The notes: generated from the sequence alone by a model not told the origin. Positions 29,401 to 38,850 are shown, counted from the first letter of the stretch. The stretch: DNA of 64,000 nt from an uncultured Chloroflexia bacterium (GCA_963713975.1 OY970218.1:2496001-2560000), one strand, 5' to 3'. A program made the numbers and translations.

Positions 29401-32400
29401 GCTACACCGTCACCGGTCTCAACGGCACCTTCAGCGACACGGCGGCCCTGACGGTGACCGCAGGCCCGCTCGACCACATCACCATCAGCCCCCCGACGGC
29501 CACGATCGACGCGGGCGCCACCCAGGCCTACACCGCGGAGGGCTTCGACGCCCTCTCCAATAGCCTGGGCGACGTGACCGGCGACACCACCTTCAGCATC
29601 GACGGCACCGGCACCTGCACCCTGGCCGACTGCGGCTCGGACGTCGCCGGCAGCTACACCGTCACCGGTCTCAACGGCACCTTCAGCGACACGGCGGCCC
29701 TGACGGTGACCGCAGGCCCGCTCGACCACATCACCATCAGCCCCCCGACGGCCACGATCGACGCGGGCGCCACCCAGGCCTACACCGCGGAGGGCTTCGA
29801 CGCCCTCTCCAATAGCCTGGGCGACGTGACCGGCGACACCACCTTCAGCATCGACGGCACCGGCACCTGCACCCTGGCCGACTGCGGCTCGGACGTCGCC
29901 GGCAGCTACACCGTCACCGGTCTCAACGGCACCTTCAGCGACACGGCGGCCCTGACGGTGACCGCAGGCCCGCTCGACCACATCACCATCAGCCCCCCGA
30001 CGGCCACGATCGACGCGGGCGCCACCCAGGCCTACACCGCGGAGGGCTTCGACGCCCTCTCCAATAGCCTGGGCGACGTGACCGGCGACACCACCTTCAG
30101 CATCGACGGCACCGGCACCTGCACCCTGGCCGACTGCGGCTCGGACGTCGCCGGCAGCTACACCGTCACCGGTCTCAACGGCACCTTCAGCGACACGGCG
30201 GCCCTGACGGTGACCGCAGGCCCGCTCGACCACATCACCATCAGCCCCCCGACGGCCACGATCGACGCGGGCGCCACCCAGGCCTACACCGCGGAGGGCT
30301 TCGACGCCCTCTCCAATAGCCTGGGCGACGTGACCGGCGACACCACCTTCAGCATCGACGGCACCGGCACCTGCACCCTGGCCGACTGCGGCTCGGACGT
30401 CGCCGGCAGCTACACCGTCACCGGTCTCAACGGCACCTTCAGCGACACGGCGGCCCTGACGGTGACCGCAGGCCCGCTCGACCACATCACCATCAGCCCC
30501 CCGACGGCCACGATCGACGCGGGCGCCACCCAGGCCTACACCGCGGAGGGCTTCGACGCCCTCTCCAATAGCCTGGGCGACGTGACCGGCGACACCACCT
30601 TCAGCATCGACGGCACCGGCACCTGCACCCTGGCCGACTGCGGCTCGGACGTCGCCGGCAGCTACACCGTCACCGGTCTCAACGGCACCTTCAGCGACAC
30701 GGCGGCCCTGACGGTGACCGCAGGCCCGCTCGACCACATCACCATCAGCCCCCCGACGGCCACGATCGACGCGGGCGCCACCCAGGCCTACACCGCGGAG
30801 GGCTTCGACGCCCTCTCCAATAGCCTGGGCGACGTGACCGGCGACACCACCTTCAGCATCGACGGCACCGGCACCTGCACCCTGGCCGACTGCGGCTCGG
30901 ACGTCGCCGGCAGCTACACCGTCACCGGTCTCAACGGCACCTTCAGCGACACGGCGGCCCTGACGGTGGAAGGTCCTGCCACGTACACCCTGGGTGGCCT
31001 CGTGACCGGCAGCGGGGGCACCCCGCTCACCGGTGCCGTCGTCCACGTCATCCTCGATGACGGCACCTACCTCGGCAACGATCCGGTCGACGGCACCGGG
31101 GCCTACGAGCTCACCCTCGCCTCGGGCAGCTACAAGCTCTGGATCCAGCCCAACGCCGCGGGCTACCCCGACACCTACTACGGGGGCACCGACCTCGGAA
31201 GCGCCACCGCCATCCCGGTCAGCGGCGACACCGTCCTCGACATCGCGCTCGCCGGACCGCCCGCGGTCTACACCCTGGGTGGCCTCGTGACCGGCAGCGG
31301 GGGCACCCCGCTCACCGGTGCCGTCGTCCACGTCATCCTCGATGACGGCACCTACCTCGGCAACGATCCGGTCGACGGCACCGGGGCCTACGAGCTCACC
31401 CTCGCCTCGGGCAGCTACAAGCTCTGGATCCAGCCCAACGCCGCGGGCTACCCCGACACCTACTACGGGGGCACCGACCTCGGAAGCGCCACCGCCATCC
31501 CGGTCAGCGGCGACACCGTCCTCGACATCGCGCTCGCCGGACCGCCCGCGGTCTACACCCTGGGTGGCCTCGTGACCGGCAGCGGGGGCACCCCGCTCAC
31601 CGGTGCCGTCGTCCACGTCATCCTCGATGACGGCACCTACCTCGGCAACGATCCGGTCGACGGCACCGGGGCCTACGAGCTCACCCTCGCCTCGGGCAGC
31701 TACAAGCTCTGGATCCAGCCCAACGCCGCGGGCTACCCCGACACCTACTACGGGGGCACCGACCTCGGAAGCGCCACCGCCATCCCGGTCAGCGGCGACA
31801 CCGTCCTCGACATCGCGCTCGCCGGACCGCCCGCGGTCTACACCCTGGGTGGCCTCGTGACCGGCAGCGGGGGCACCCCGCTCACCGGTGCCGTCGTCCA
31901 CGTCATCCTCGATGACGGCACCTACCTCGGCAACGATCCGGTCGACGGCACCGGGGCCTACGAGCTCACCCTCGCCTCGGGCAGCTACAAGCTCTGGATC
32001 CAGCCCAACGCCGCGGGCTACCCCGACACCTACTACGGGGGCACCGACCTCGGAAGCGCCACCGCCATCCCGGTCAGCGGCGACACCGTCCTCGACATCG
32101 CGCTCGCCGGACCGCCCGCGGTCTACACCCTGGGTGGCCTCGTGACCGGCAGCGGGGGCACCCCGCTCACCGGTGCCGTCGTCCACGTCATCCTCGATGA
32201 CGGCACCTACCTCGGCAACGATCCGGTCGACGGCACCGGGGCCTACGAGCTCACCCTCGCCTCGGGCAGCTACAAGCTCTGGATCCAGCCCAACGCCGCG
32301 GGCTACCCCGACACCTACTACGGGGGCACCGACCTCGGAAGCGCCACCGCCATCCCGGTCAGCGGCGACACCGTCCTCGACATCGCGCTCGCCGGACCGC

Positions 32401-33794
32401 CCGCCGACACCACGCCACCGGACGTGACGACGCCTGTCCTCGCACCCGATCCTGCCACTGTCGGTGATCCGGTCACGGTCACCGCGACCGCGACCGACCC
32501 CAGCGGTGTCGCCTCGGGCGAGGTGAGCATCGACAACGGTCCCTGGACCCCCATGAGCGCCACCGACGGCACCTTCGGCGGCACGAGCGAGGGGCTGACC
32601 GGGGCGGTCAACACCGATCACGCCGTGATCGCGATCGCTACCGGCAACGCCCATACCTGCGCCCTAACCACCGCCGGCGGAGTGGAGTGCTGGGGCAACA
32701 ACTTCGCCGGCCAACTTGGGGACGGCACGACCACGAACAGCTTGACCCCGGTCGACGTGATCGGCCTAGGAAGCGGAGTGGCAGCCATCGCTGCGGATAG
32801 CTGGGACCATACCTGTGCCCTTACTACTGGTGGCGGGGTCAAGTGCTGGGGGGACAACGAGTATGGCCAGCTCGGTGACGGAACGACGACGGACAGCCAT
32901 ATCCCGGTCGACGTCGTCGGGCTGGGCAGTGGGGTGACCGCCATCACGATCGGCGCTCTGCACACTTGCGCCATCACCAATGGTGGCGGGGTCAAGTGCT
33001 GGGGCTCTAACGGCGCAGGTCAGCTGGGCAACGGCATCGGCTACAACGACAACTACGCCAGCACCCCCGTCGATGTCGTCGGGCTGGGCAGTGGGGTGAC
33101 CGCCATCGCCGCCGGATCCGATACTGGCTGCGCCATCACCACCGGGGGTGGGGTCAAGTGCTGGGGGAACGGCCCTCTCGGAACCGTCGACGGAGCCAGC
33201 TACGATGTCCCGGTCGATGTCTACGGACTGAGCAGCGGGGTGACCACCATCGCCGCCGGATTGAGCCAGCACATCTGCGCCGTCACCACCGGTGGAGGGG
33301 TCAAGTGCTGGGGGCTCAACGAGTCGGGCCAGCTCGGGGGCGGCACCACCGACGACAGCAACACCCCGGTCGATGTCTCGGGCCTGAGCAGCGGAGTGAC
33401 CGGGATCGCCATCGGCGGCGGCTACACCTGCGCGCTCATTGGGGGCGCGGTCAAGTGCTGGGGGGGCAACTCGGAGGGCCAGCTCGGCGACGGCAGCTAC
33501 ACGAGCAGCTTGACAATGGTCGATGTCTCGGGCCTGAGCAGCGGAGTGACCGCCGTGGCCGCCGGTGCCGTAAACACCTGCGCTCTCCTCGCGAGCGGGA
33601 CCGTGCAGTGCTGGGGCTCGAACGAGTATGGCCAGCTCGGCAACGGCACGACGACCAACAGCCCGACGCCGGTCGCGGTCGGTCTCACCTCACTTGCACC
33701 CGGCAGCCACGAGGTGTGTGTCCGGGCCACCGACACGGTCCCCAACACGAGCGACGGCACCGCCTGTGCGATGCTCACCGTGAACGCGCCGTAA
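26412..33794 (+). CDS. Giant secreted multidomain protein: 3 LamG-like, FN3, Big_9-like, 7 Ig-like repeats, 5 carboxypeptidase-regulatory-like repeats, RCC1/BLIP-II propeller
   Basis: Signal peptide ending VKA-D; LamG motifs; PAAPTGL...GYNVYR FN3; HTCA...VKCWG.N..GQLG.G RCC1 repeats; GAGGTG RBS. Confidence 0.88.
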   Translation: MSRFRFDGLSTTSAFRRPGRAATMVTAASLMASLLAGIPVQSVKADLAGKALQFDGTSQYVSFGNAGTLGLSVFTLETWFKRTGTGTTTTTGTGGIGNTIPLLTKGRGEGDGSNVDMNYFLGIRASDNVLAADFEDMNTGLNHPVAGTIAIPADGTWHHAAATYDGTTWRLYLDGNPDGTTTITCTVANVCVPRHDSIQHAGLGTAMTSTGAAAGYFAGVLDEARIWSVARSQSQILATKNVEVTSGTGLVARWGMNEGTGTSTADSTTPQENGTLFNGPTWVNGFPDDTIPAAPTGLAAVSGVGQVSLTWNVNAESDLAGYNVYRSASSPVTKGSPLNGSTPLATPEYLDLSGTPGTPYVYAVAAVDTSANVSALSGEASGTPSTPPPGPYGLQLTNTSYVTFGDPAKLDLAQFTIETWFKRTGTGTSNTTGTGGITNLVPLLTHGAPESDGGTVDANWILGINTSGNVIAADFEGIDDPTPTGANAPVSGTTAITDDVWHHAAATFDGTTFAVYLDGNLEDSVTPGFHPRSNSIQRVALGAMITSTGTALGRFDGVIDEARVWDHARSGAEILADKNNELVEGTGLVARWGLNEGAGATVGDSMPTPAAGAISDTGFSWVAGAPVTPVVVNHAPVATDDAFTTASNTPFDGTLDGSDADLDPLTYSLGTNGTHGTAVITDAETGAFTYTPDTDAAGVDTFTFKANDGTVDSNVATVTMTITGLVGHWKMEDNLVDSAPPANAATDVASPGYVAGFDGLALSLNGSSQYATVDDDADLDITSAITMAAWVRPTQAATQDLIAKDVSSSVDGYQLSLSDDAAANSQIVFVRFNQDTSGDTYRVNSTTQYPADGTTWMHVAATWDGTTTRLYVDGDEEATGSFTGMIAANNVPLGIGAQITALNAASRWFGGAVDDVRLYNRALSAAEIAALAAGPLDHITISPPTATIDAGATQAYTAEGFDALSNSLGDVTGDTTFSIDGTGTCTLADCGSDVAGSYTVTGLNGTFSDTAALTVTAGPLDHITISPPTATIDAGATQAYTAEGFDALSNSLGDVTGDTTFSIDGTGTCTLADCGSDVAGSYTVTGLNGTFSDTAALTVTAGPLDHITISPPTATIDAGATQAYTAEGFDALSNSLGDVTGDTTFSIDGTGTCTLADCGSDVAGSYTVTGLNGTFSDTAALTVTAGPLDHITISPPTATIDAGATQAYTAEGFDALSNSLGDVTGDTTFSIDGTGTCTLADCGSDVAGSYTVTGLNGTFSDTAALTVTAGPLDHITISPPTATIDAGATQAYTAEGFDALSNSLGDVTGDTTFSIDGTGTCTLADCGSDVAGSYTVTGLNGTFSDTAALTVTAGPLDHITISPPTATIDAGATQAYTAEGFDALSNSLGDVTGDTTFSIDGTGTCTLADCGSDVAGSYTVTGLNGTFSDTAALTVTAGPLDHITISPPTATIDAGATQAYTAEGFDALSNSLGDVTGDTTFSIDGTGTCTLADCGSDVAGSYTVTGLNGTFSDTAALTVEGPATYTLGGLVTGSGGTPLTGAVVHVILDDGTYLGNDPVDGTGAYELTLASGSYKLWIQPNAAGYPDTYYGGTDLGSATAIPVSGDTVLDIALAGPPAVYTLGGLVTGSGGTPLTGAVVHVILDDGTYLGNDPVDGTGAYELTLASGSYKLWIQPNAAGYPDTYYGGTDLGSATAIPVSGDTVLDIALAGPPAVYTLGGLVTGSGGTPLTGAVVHVILDDGTYLGNDPVDGTGAYELTLASGSYKLWIQPNAAGYPDTYYGGTDLGSATAIPVSGDTVLDIALAGPPAVYTLGGLVTGSGGTPLTGAVVHVILDDGTYLGNDPVDGTGAYELTLASGSYKLWIQPNAAGYPDTYYGGTDLGSATAIPVSGDTVLDIALAGPPAVYTLGGLVTGSGGTPLTGAVVHVILDDGTYLGNDPVDGTGAYELTLASGSYKLWIQPNAAGYPDTYYGGTDLGSATAIPVSGDTVLDIALAGPPADTTPPDVTTPVLAPDPATVGDPVTVTATATDPSGVASGEVSIDNGPWTPMSATDGTFGGTSEGLTGAVNTDHAVIAIATGNAHTCALTTAGGVECWGNNFAGQLGDGTTTNSLTPVDVIGLGSGVAAIAADSWDHTCALTTGGGVKCWGDNEYGQLGDGTTTDSHIPVDVVGLGSGVTAITIGALHTCAITNGGGVKCWGSNGAGQLGNGIGYNDNYASTPVDVVGLGSGVTAIAAGSDTGCAITTGGGVKCWGNGPLGTVDGASYDVPVDVYGLSSGVTTIAAGLSQHICAVTTGGGVKCWGLNESGQLGGGTTDDSNTPVDVSGLSSGVTGIAIGGGYTCALIGGAVKCWGGNSEGQLGDGSYTSSLTMVDVSGLSSGVTAVAAGAVNTCALLASGTVQCWGSNEYGQLGNGTTTNSPTPVAVGLTSLAPGSHEVCVRATDTVPNTSDGTACAMLTVNAP
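29208..30968 (+). repeat. Intragenic 252-bp tandem repeat, 7 units
   Basis: Units start at 29208, 29460, 29712, 29964, 30216, 30468 and 30720; each encodes GPLDHITISPP...TAALTV with a CTLADC Cys pair. Confidence 0.92.
30984..32404 (+). repeat. Intragenic 285-bp tandem repeat, 5 units
   Basis: Units start at 30984, 31269, 31554, 31839 and 32124. Confidence 0.92.
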
Positions 33795-33892
33795 CCCCGC
33801 AGGGACGCATCGCACGGCTGCACGCCCGGTCTCCCAGCGGGGCCCGGGCGTGTCGCCGGGTTGGTGTGCGCCCCATCAACCAAGGAGTCCTG

Positions 33893-34546
33893 ATGCAACG
33901 CACGGCCGTGACGTCGAGCCCGCCCGGCAAGGTCCGGCTGGCCGCGGTGATCCTGGGCCTCGCGCTCCTGGGGTCGGCCGGGCTGGCCGCGTGCGGCAAC
34001 ACGCCGGATGAGGCCTCTCCCAGCAGCCGGCCGGCGTCGGTCGCCCCCTCGACAGCCGGTCCGTCGCCGGCCGCGAGCCCAACGGCCATGGCACCGGCCA
34101 CGCAAGGGCCCACGGCATCGCCCGAGCCCTCGGCCGCCACCGCGGAGCTCGACGTGTGTGGCCTCATCCCTCAGACGCTGCTGGCCTCCGTCCTCGGTGG
34201 CGAGGCGGCATTCCCCAAGGCCATCCCCGCTGCCGGCTGGAGCGCGGGACAGTGCGCCTGGAGCGGCCCTGCCGCGAGCTTCATCGTCCGCGTCGGCACG
34301 GCGCCCACGATCGCGGCCTTCGGTGACCCTGCGGCACCCGACGCCGAGGCGATGCTCGCCGCGTTCGCGGCCGCGGCCGACGCGGCGGGCACGGCGAAGA
34401 AGGTCCAGGGCATCGGCGATGGGGCCGTACTGGGTCCGGCGGGGATCGCCGCCTATCGTGATGACACGTACCTCGAGGTCACGAGGCTCAACCTCACCGA
34501 CCGGCAGCTGACCGACGTCATGAAGCTGGCCATCGGGAACCTCTAG
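33893..34546 (+). CDS. Lipoprotein of unknown function
   Basis: AAGGAG RBS, lipobox LAAC, PSA-rich linker, DVCGL...QCAW...GIGDGA domain. Confidence 0.72.
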   Translation: MQRTAVTSSPPGKVRLAAVILGLALLGSAGLAACGNTPDEASPSSRPASVAPSTAGPSPAASPTAMAPATQGPTASPEPSAATAELDVCGLIPQTLLASVLGGEAAFPKAIPAAGWSAGQCAWSGPAASFIVRVGTAPTIAAFGDPAAPDAEAMLAAFAAAADAAGTAKKVQGIGDGAVLGPAGIAAYRDDTYLEVTRLNLTDRQLTDVMKLAIGNL

Positions 34547-34595
34547 GCAGACCCGCGGGCCTATAGGCAGACGCGGAGACGGCTACCCTGCCACC

Positions 34596-35543
34596 ATGGG
34601 CCGACGAACTGCCTCGACGCGCGGCGGGTTGCCGACGACGGCAAAGGTGCGTGACTGGGTCGGGCTTGCGCGTATGTACGCCCGGGCCCGTCGGCGGCCA
34701 GCCAGTACGTCGGGCATCGAACGTGAGGCAGCCTATCTGGCCGCCGCTCTTGAGCGCCACGGCCACAGGGGGTTGCGTGGCTCGCGCGTTCTGGAGATTG
34801 GGTATGGAGCCAGGCCGTGGCTGCTCACCTGGCTGATCGGGAATGGGATCGATGCATTCGGCGTTGACCTCGACCGGCCGCTGCTGCGCCTCTCACCTCG
34901 AGCCGTTGCCCGTGTCGCGCGGACGAATGGTGGTGAACGAGCTGCGAAGAGCGTGGGCCGCCTGCTAATCGAAGGCGGCCGTGAACGGACGGCGCTCGAA
35001 CGGAGGCTGGTCGAGGTCACAGGTACCAGACTGCGGATTGGTGACGATCGGCTCCTCGTGGCGGACGCGACTAGCCCATCGTTCTGGGGCGGCATCGCCG
35101 TGGCTTCACTCGACGTGGTCTACTCGCTGGACGTACTTGAACACGTTCCAGAGACTGACCTGCCGGCCATGCTGCGGGGGATCGCCCGTGCCCTGAAGCC
35201 GGAGGGGCTCGCCGTGTTGCGGCCGAACGTCTTCACTGGCATCACTGGCGGTCACCTCCATGAGTGGTATCCGGACCAGGTGATGGCCAGCGCCCCGAAG
35301 TCCACCGAACCCTGGGAGCATCTCAGGTCAAGCCGAGTGGTCGCCAACACCTACCTCAACGGCCTGCCACGTCGTGCCTATCGGAGCCTGCTCGAGCAGC
35401 ACTTCGACGTGTTGGAGGACACCGCGGTCGATCCCGCGCTCGGCCGCGAACTGCTCGCCGGTCCGATCCAGGATGAACTGGCCCAGTGGGATGACTACGA
35501 GTTGTTCTCCAACCAGGTGACGTTCGTCCTCCGCCCGCGGTAG
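34596..35543 (+). CDS. Class I SAM-dependent methyltransferase
   Basis: VLEIGYG, DVVYSLDVLEHV, LKPEG. Confidence 0.85.
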   Translation: MGRRTASTRGGLPTTAKVRDWVGLARMYARARRRPASTSGIEREAAYLAAALERHGHRGLRGSRVLEIGYGARPWLLTWLIGNGIDAFGVDLDRPLLRLSPRAVARVARTNGGERAAKSVGRLLIEGGRERTALERRLVEVTGTRLRIGDDRLLVADATSPSFWGGIAVASLDVVYSLDVLEHVPETDLPAMLRGIARALKPEGLAVLRPNVFTGITGGHLHEWYPDQVMASAPKSTEPWEHLRSSRVVANTYLNGLPRRAYRSLLEQHFDVLEDTAVDPALGRELLAGPIQDELAQWDDYELFSNQVTFVLRPR

Positions 35544-35573
35544 CGCCGACTCAGCGCCCGGCTTGTGGGCGGC

Positions 35574-36623
35574 TCAGTCCTGGATCGGCGGTCCACCCTG
35601 GTGGTCGATCTCATCGTGGATGCTGTTCGACAGATCGCCTACCAGGATCGGCATCTCATTCACGATCTCGTAACTCTCGCCACAATGGGTGCAGCGCCGC
35701 ATGGTGGTTGATGGGACGAGTTGATCGTGACAGGACGGGCACACACGCACGGGCTCAACGCGAGGCGTGACGCTGGCGGCGGCATTGACTCCAGGGCGTC
35801 GTCGTCGATCCAGCTCGAGGAGGCGCGCATCAATCATCGCCTCGTACGCCGCCAAGAGCTGGCAGTACACCAGTCCCTGTCGGCCGTCGAGGAAGCCTCG
35901 CTTGACCACGTACATCCACGCGAACCTCGCGGCTGGCCGGAAGGGCAGCCGATACCACACCTTGGTCTTCAGATACCGCCGCCGCTCGGGCCATGTGCCA
36001 AACAGCCGGCCTTGTCGCTGTCGACCTACCAGGCCACGTCGAGCCTTTGCGATCTCCGTGGCCTCAAGATCGGCATACCGTGCGTGCCGCGCGATGAACG
36101 CGTCCACGCCCTTCCGGTTCTCGTGCATCAACGGGCGACTCAGGAAGCTGACAGGACCGTCGACCAGCACATGCTCGTGGACGAGCCGCTCCTCGAAGCG
36201 CCCGACGGTTGGTCGAAACAGCCGCAGTTGATAGTCCGGGTACCACCCAGCGTGGCGCAGCACACGGCCCTCAAACACGTTCTGGCGTGGGACATGAAAG
36301 CCGGCAGACCGGGAATCGAGTTTGCCCTGGATCTCCCGGGCGAGGTCGCCGGTGATCCACTCGTCCGCGTCGAGGAAGAAGACCCACTCCGCTGAATCGG
36401 CGAGCCGCCCGATCGCCCAGTTCTTCTGAGCCGCGTAGCCGGCCCACGCGTGCTGGATGACTTTCGCCCCGAGACGCACCGCGATCTCCTGCGTGCGGTC
36501 GGTACTACCACTGTCAACGACGAGGACATCACCCAGGCGACGAGCGCTCCTTACGGACCGCTCGATGTGCACCTCTTCGTTGAGCGTGGGGATCACAACG
36601 ACAATCCGGGCGAATGGCCTCAT
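35574..36623 (-). CDS. GT2 glycosyltransferase with C-terminal Trm112-like zinc-finger tail
   Basis: IPTLNEE, VDSGSTD, LDADE, YPDYQLRLF, VHEH; tail VCPSC...RCTHCGESYEIVNEMPIL. Confidence 0.88.
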   Translation of the reverse strand: MRPFARIVVVIPTLNEEVHIERSVRSARRLGDVLVVDSGSTDRTQEIAVRLGAKVIQHAWAGYAAQKNWAIGRLADSAEWVFFLDADEWITGDLAREIQGKLDSRSAGFHVPRQNVFEGRVLRHAGWYPDYQLRLFRPTVGRFEERLVHEHVLVDGPVSFLSRPLMHENRKGVDAFIARHARYADLEATEIAKARRGLVGRQRQGRLFGTWPERRRYLKTKVWYRLPFRPAARFAWMYVVKRGFLDGRQGLVYCQLLAAYEAMIDARLLELDRRRRPGVNAAASVTPRVEPVRVCPSCHDQLVPSTTMRRCTHCGESYEIVNEMPILVGDLSNSIHDEIDHQGGPPIQD

Positions 36624-37786
36624 CGTGACTCCCCACACACCTGCGCGTACGCGGATGCGAGCTTGGCCCCATGAGCGGAGAAGGATGCGTGCGCCAGCGC
36701 CGAATCTCGTGCCTTGGCCGCCATCGAGGCCAGCACGCTCCGATCGTCCAACAATGCCTGGATCGCGGCGGCGAGCGACTCATGATCCGCCGGGACGACC
36801 CGGCCGCCACCATGCTCTCGAACGATGTCGGCGACCCCGACACGGTCGCTCACTATGACCGGCGTCCCGGCGGCCAGGGCCTCCACCGCCGCGACTCCGA
36901 AGCACTCGTACTCGGACGGCATAGCGAGAACGTCGATGTCGGAGAGGAACCGGGTCTTGTCATCGCCCGACACCCAGCCGATGAACTTCGCCCTGCCGGG
37001 CAGCAGCCGCTCCGCCTGCGCCGTGAGGGCCCGTTCGTAAGCCGCGTCGCCACGTCCCGCAATGACGAGGGAGACGTCGTCGTCGAGCCGGCTCCCGGCC
37101 TCGATGAGCGTGGAGACGTTCTTCTTAGGGTGGAGCCGGCCAAGGTACCCCACCTTCAAGTCACTCGAGCGGTTTGCGCGTCGCTGTCGTGGCGTTACCA
37201 GCAATCGATCGTCAACGACCGGATGGTAGATCCATGTGAGTTTGTTCGACGGCAGACGTGACAGTGAATCGCCCATCTCGAGGGGCGAGGAGCAGACGAT
37301 CAGGTCTGCAAGACATCCGTATGCGCGTACGCCAACTTGTTTGCCCGCCCGCGTCCCACTACGGCCATGTGACAGATCGAACGAGGTGAAGACTTCGTGC
37401 GGCGTGATCACGAGCGGCGTTCCGCCGATCCCAGCAATCGTGGACGCCAGGGCGCACGATCCCGTCCACGGAGAGTCGGCATGCACCACGTCATACCGTT
37501 TACGACGACGTCGGATCATCCACTGAACGAGCGCACGGCTCGGATCATAGTGGCGCGGCGAAAGACGGGGCGCGGATATGGGAAAGCCTGTCAGACCCAC
37601 CCCTTCGCTCTCGCAACGCTCCACCGTCGCGTGCCACCACGGTGTGTCCGTATCCCCCGGGCGCACGAGCACGGCGACGTCACAATGCATTCCGACTCGC
37701 GCGGCTGAGATCGCACCGTTGAGCGCGACCACGGCCGGACCGCCTACGAGCGGGTTGAGGCTATCGATGACGCGTAGCACTCTCAT
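36620..37786 (-). CDS. GT4 glycosyltransferase
   Basis: YLGRLHPKKN, PSEYECFGVAAVEALAAGTPV. Confidence 0.9.
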   Translation of the reverse strand: MRVLRVIDSLNPLVGGPAVVALNGAISAARVGMHCDVAVLVRPGDTDTPWWHATVERCESEGVGLTGFPISAPRLSPRHYDPSRALVQWMIRRRRKRYDVVHADSPWTGSCALASTIAGIGGTPLVITPHEVFTSFDLSHGRSGTRAGKQVGVRAYGCLADLIVCSSPLEMGDSLSRLPSNKLTWIYHPVVDDRLLVTPRQRRANRSSDLKVGYLGRLHPKKNVSTLIEAGSRLDDDVSLVIAGRGDAAYERALTAQAERLLPGRAKFIGWVSGDDKTRFLSDIDVLAMPSEYECFGVAAVEALAAGTPVIVSDRVGVADIVREHGGGRVVPADHESLAAAIQALLDDRSVLASMAAKARDSALAHASFSAHGAKLASAYAQVCGESR

Positions 37787-38850
37787 TGAAGGGCAGGCCC
37801 CGCGAGTATTTCAGCCGATCGGCCGAGCACCGTGTCCGCCCACCGAGCCGGCGTATACGGACTCGCAAGCCCGCGGCTGATCTGACCCATGTCCACACGT
37901 TCGCGATCTGACAGACCGGCGACATACGTCATGCACGTGGTGACGGACGCGACATCGCCAGTGCGGGCAACCCGACCATTCGCGAAATCATGGACGAGGT
38001 GCGGGACCGCGCCGCAGGCTTCGGTCGCAATGATCGGGAGACCTGCCGTTGCTGCCTCCGACAGCACGACACCCCATGGCTCGAAGCGACTCGGGACGAC
38101 CAGGCACCCGATCACCCCGAACCATGCGGCAAGCCCCTGGGGTTGGACGAACCCACCGTGGCGGACAGTCGGATGCCCACGAACCTCGCCCTCGAGTGGG
38201 CCGGCACCGGCTACGACCAGGCCCCACGGACTTGGCACGGATTGGCGATAGACCTCGTAGGACTGCAGGAGATCGCCGATGCCCTTCTCCGTGGTCAGTC
38301 GCCCCAGGTAGCCGAAGTCGCGTGGCGGTGGTGCCCCCGGCGACGGAGGTGCCGCGAGGGCCTGATGATCAGGACAGAGCAGGCCCGTCCAGATCCGATC
38401 ATCCCGGAAGCCGAGACGTCGTGCGAAGCACGCTTGGCGTTCGCCGGGCAGGAAGACGGCGTCGTACAGGCGTCGGACGTACCACCGGGAACCCGCGACT
38501 CCCAGCCGCTGCTTCGCCGTACCGAGCCACTGGTTGTCCATGCAGAGGACACGCACAGGCACGGGACGAAGGCGGTCCAAGACGTATCGGAATTCGCCGA
38601 TGTGCCATGAGTTGACCAGCAGTACATCCGGTGCGAACCGCTGCAGTTCCGCCAGCAGCATCGTCCGGTCGGGTCGGCCGACGTACTGGACACGCAGCGG
38701 CATCCACGCGAACTGCGCCTCCTCAAAGGGAGCATCCTCCCCCGCTGCCTCGTGGACTAGGAGGAGCTCGACGCCCGGCCTCGAGGCGAGCTCCTTGAGG
38801 CAGGCGTTCAGGTAGCCGCTCATCCTGGACCAGAGGACGGCGATCCTCAT
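37783..38850 (-). CDS. GT4 glycosyltransferase
   Basis: YLGRLTTEKG, PSRFEPWGVVLSEAATAGLP; true start ATG 38850 overlaps the upstream stop. Confidence 0.9.
   Translation of the reverse strand: MRIAVLWSRMSGYLNACLKELASRPGVELLLVHEAAGEDAPFEEAQFAWMPLRVQYVGRPDRTMLLAELQRFAPDVLLVNSWHIGEFRYVLDRLRPVPVRVLCMDNQWLGTAKQRLGVAGSRWYVRRLYDAVFLPGERQACFARRLGFRDDRIWTGLLCPDHQALAAPPSPGAPPPRDFGYLGRLTTEKGIGDLLQSYEVYRQSVPSPWGLVVAGAGPLEGEVRGHPTVRHGGFVQPQGLAAWFGVIGCLVVPSRFEPWGVVLSEAATAGLPIIATEACGAVPHLVHDFANGRVARTGDVASVTTCMTYVAGLSDRERVDMGQISRGLASPYTPARWADTVLGRSAEILAGPALQ

Noticed and set aside
24630-32404. Long regular repeats as a CRISPR array
   Set aside because: Units are 252-285 bp, in frame, without unique spacers, and no cas genes are present.
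33821-33852. Hairpin CACGCCCGG/CCGGGCGTG after the second giant gene as an intrinsic terminator
   Set aside because: No U-tract and the next gene is co-oriented close by; it could be a stabilising hairpin but is not supportable as a terminator.
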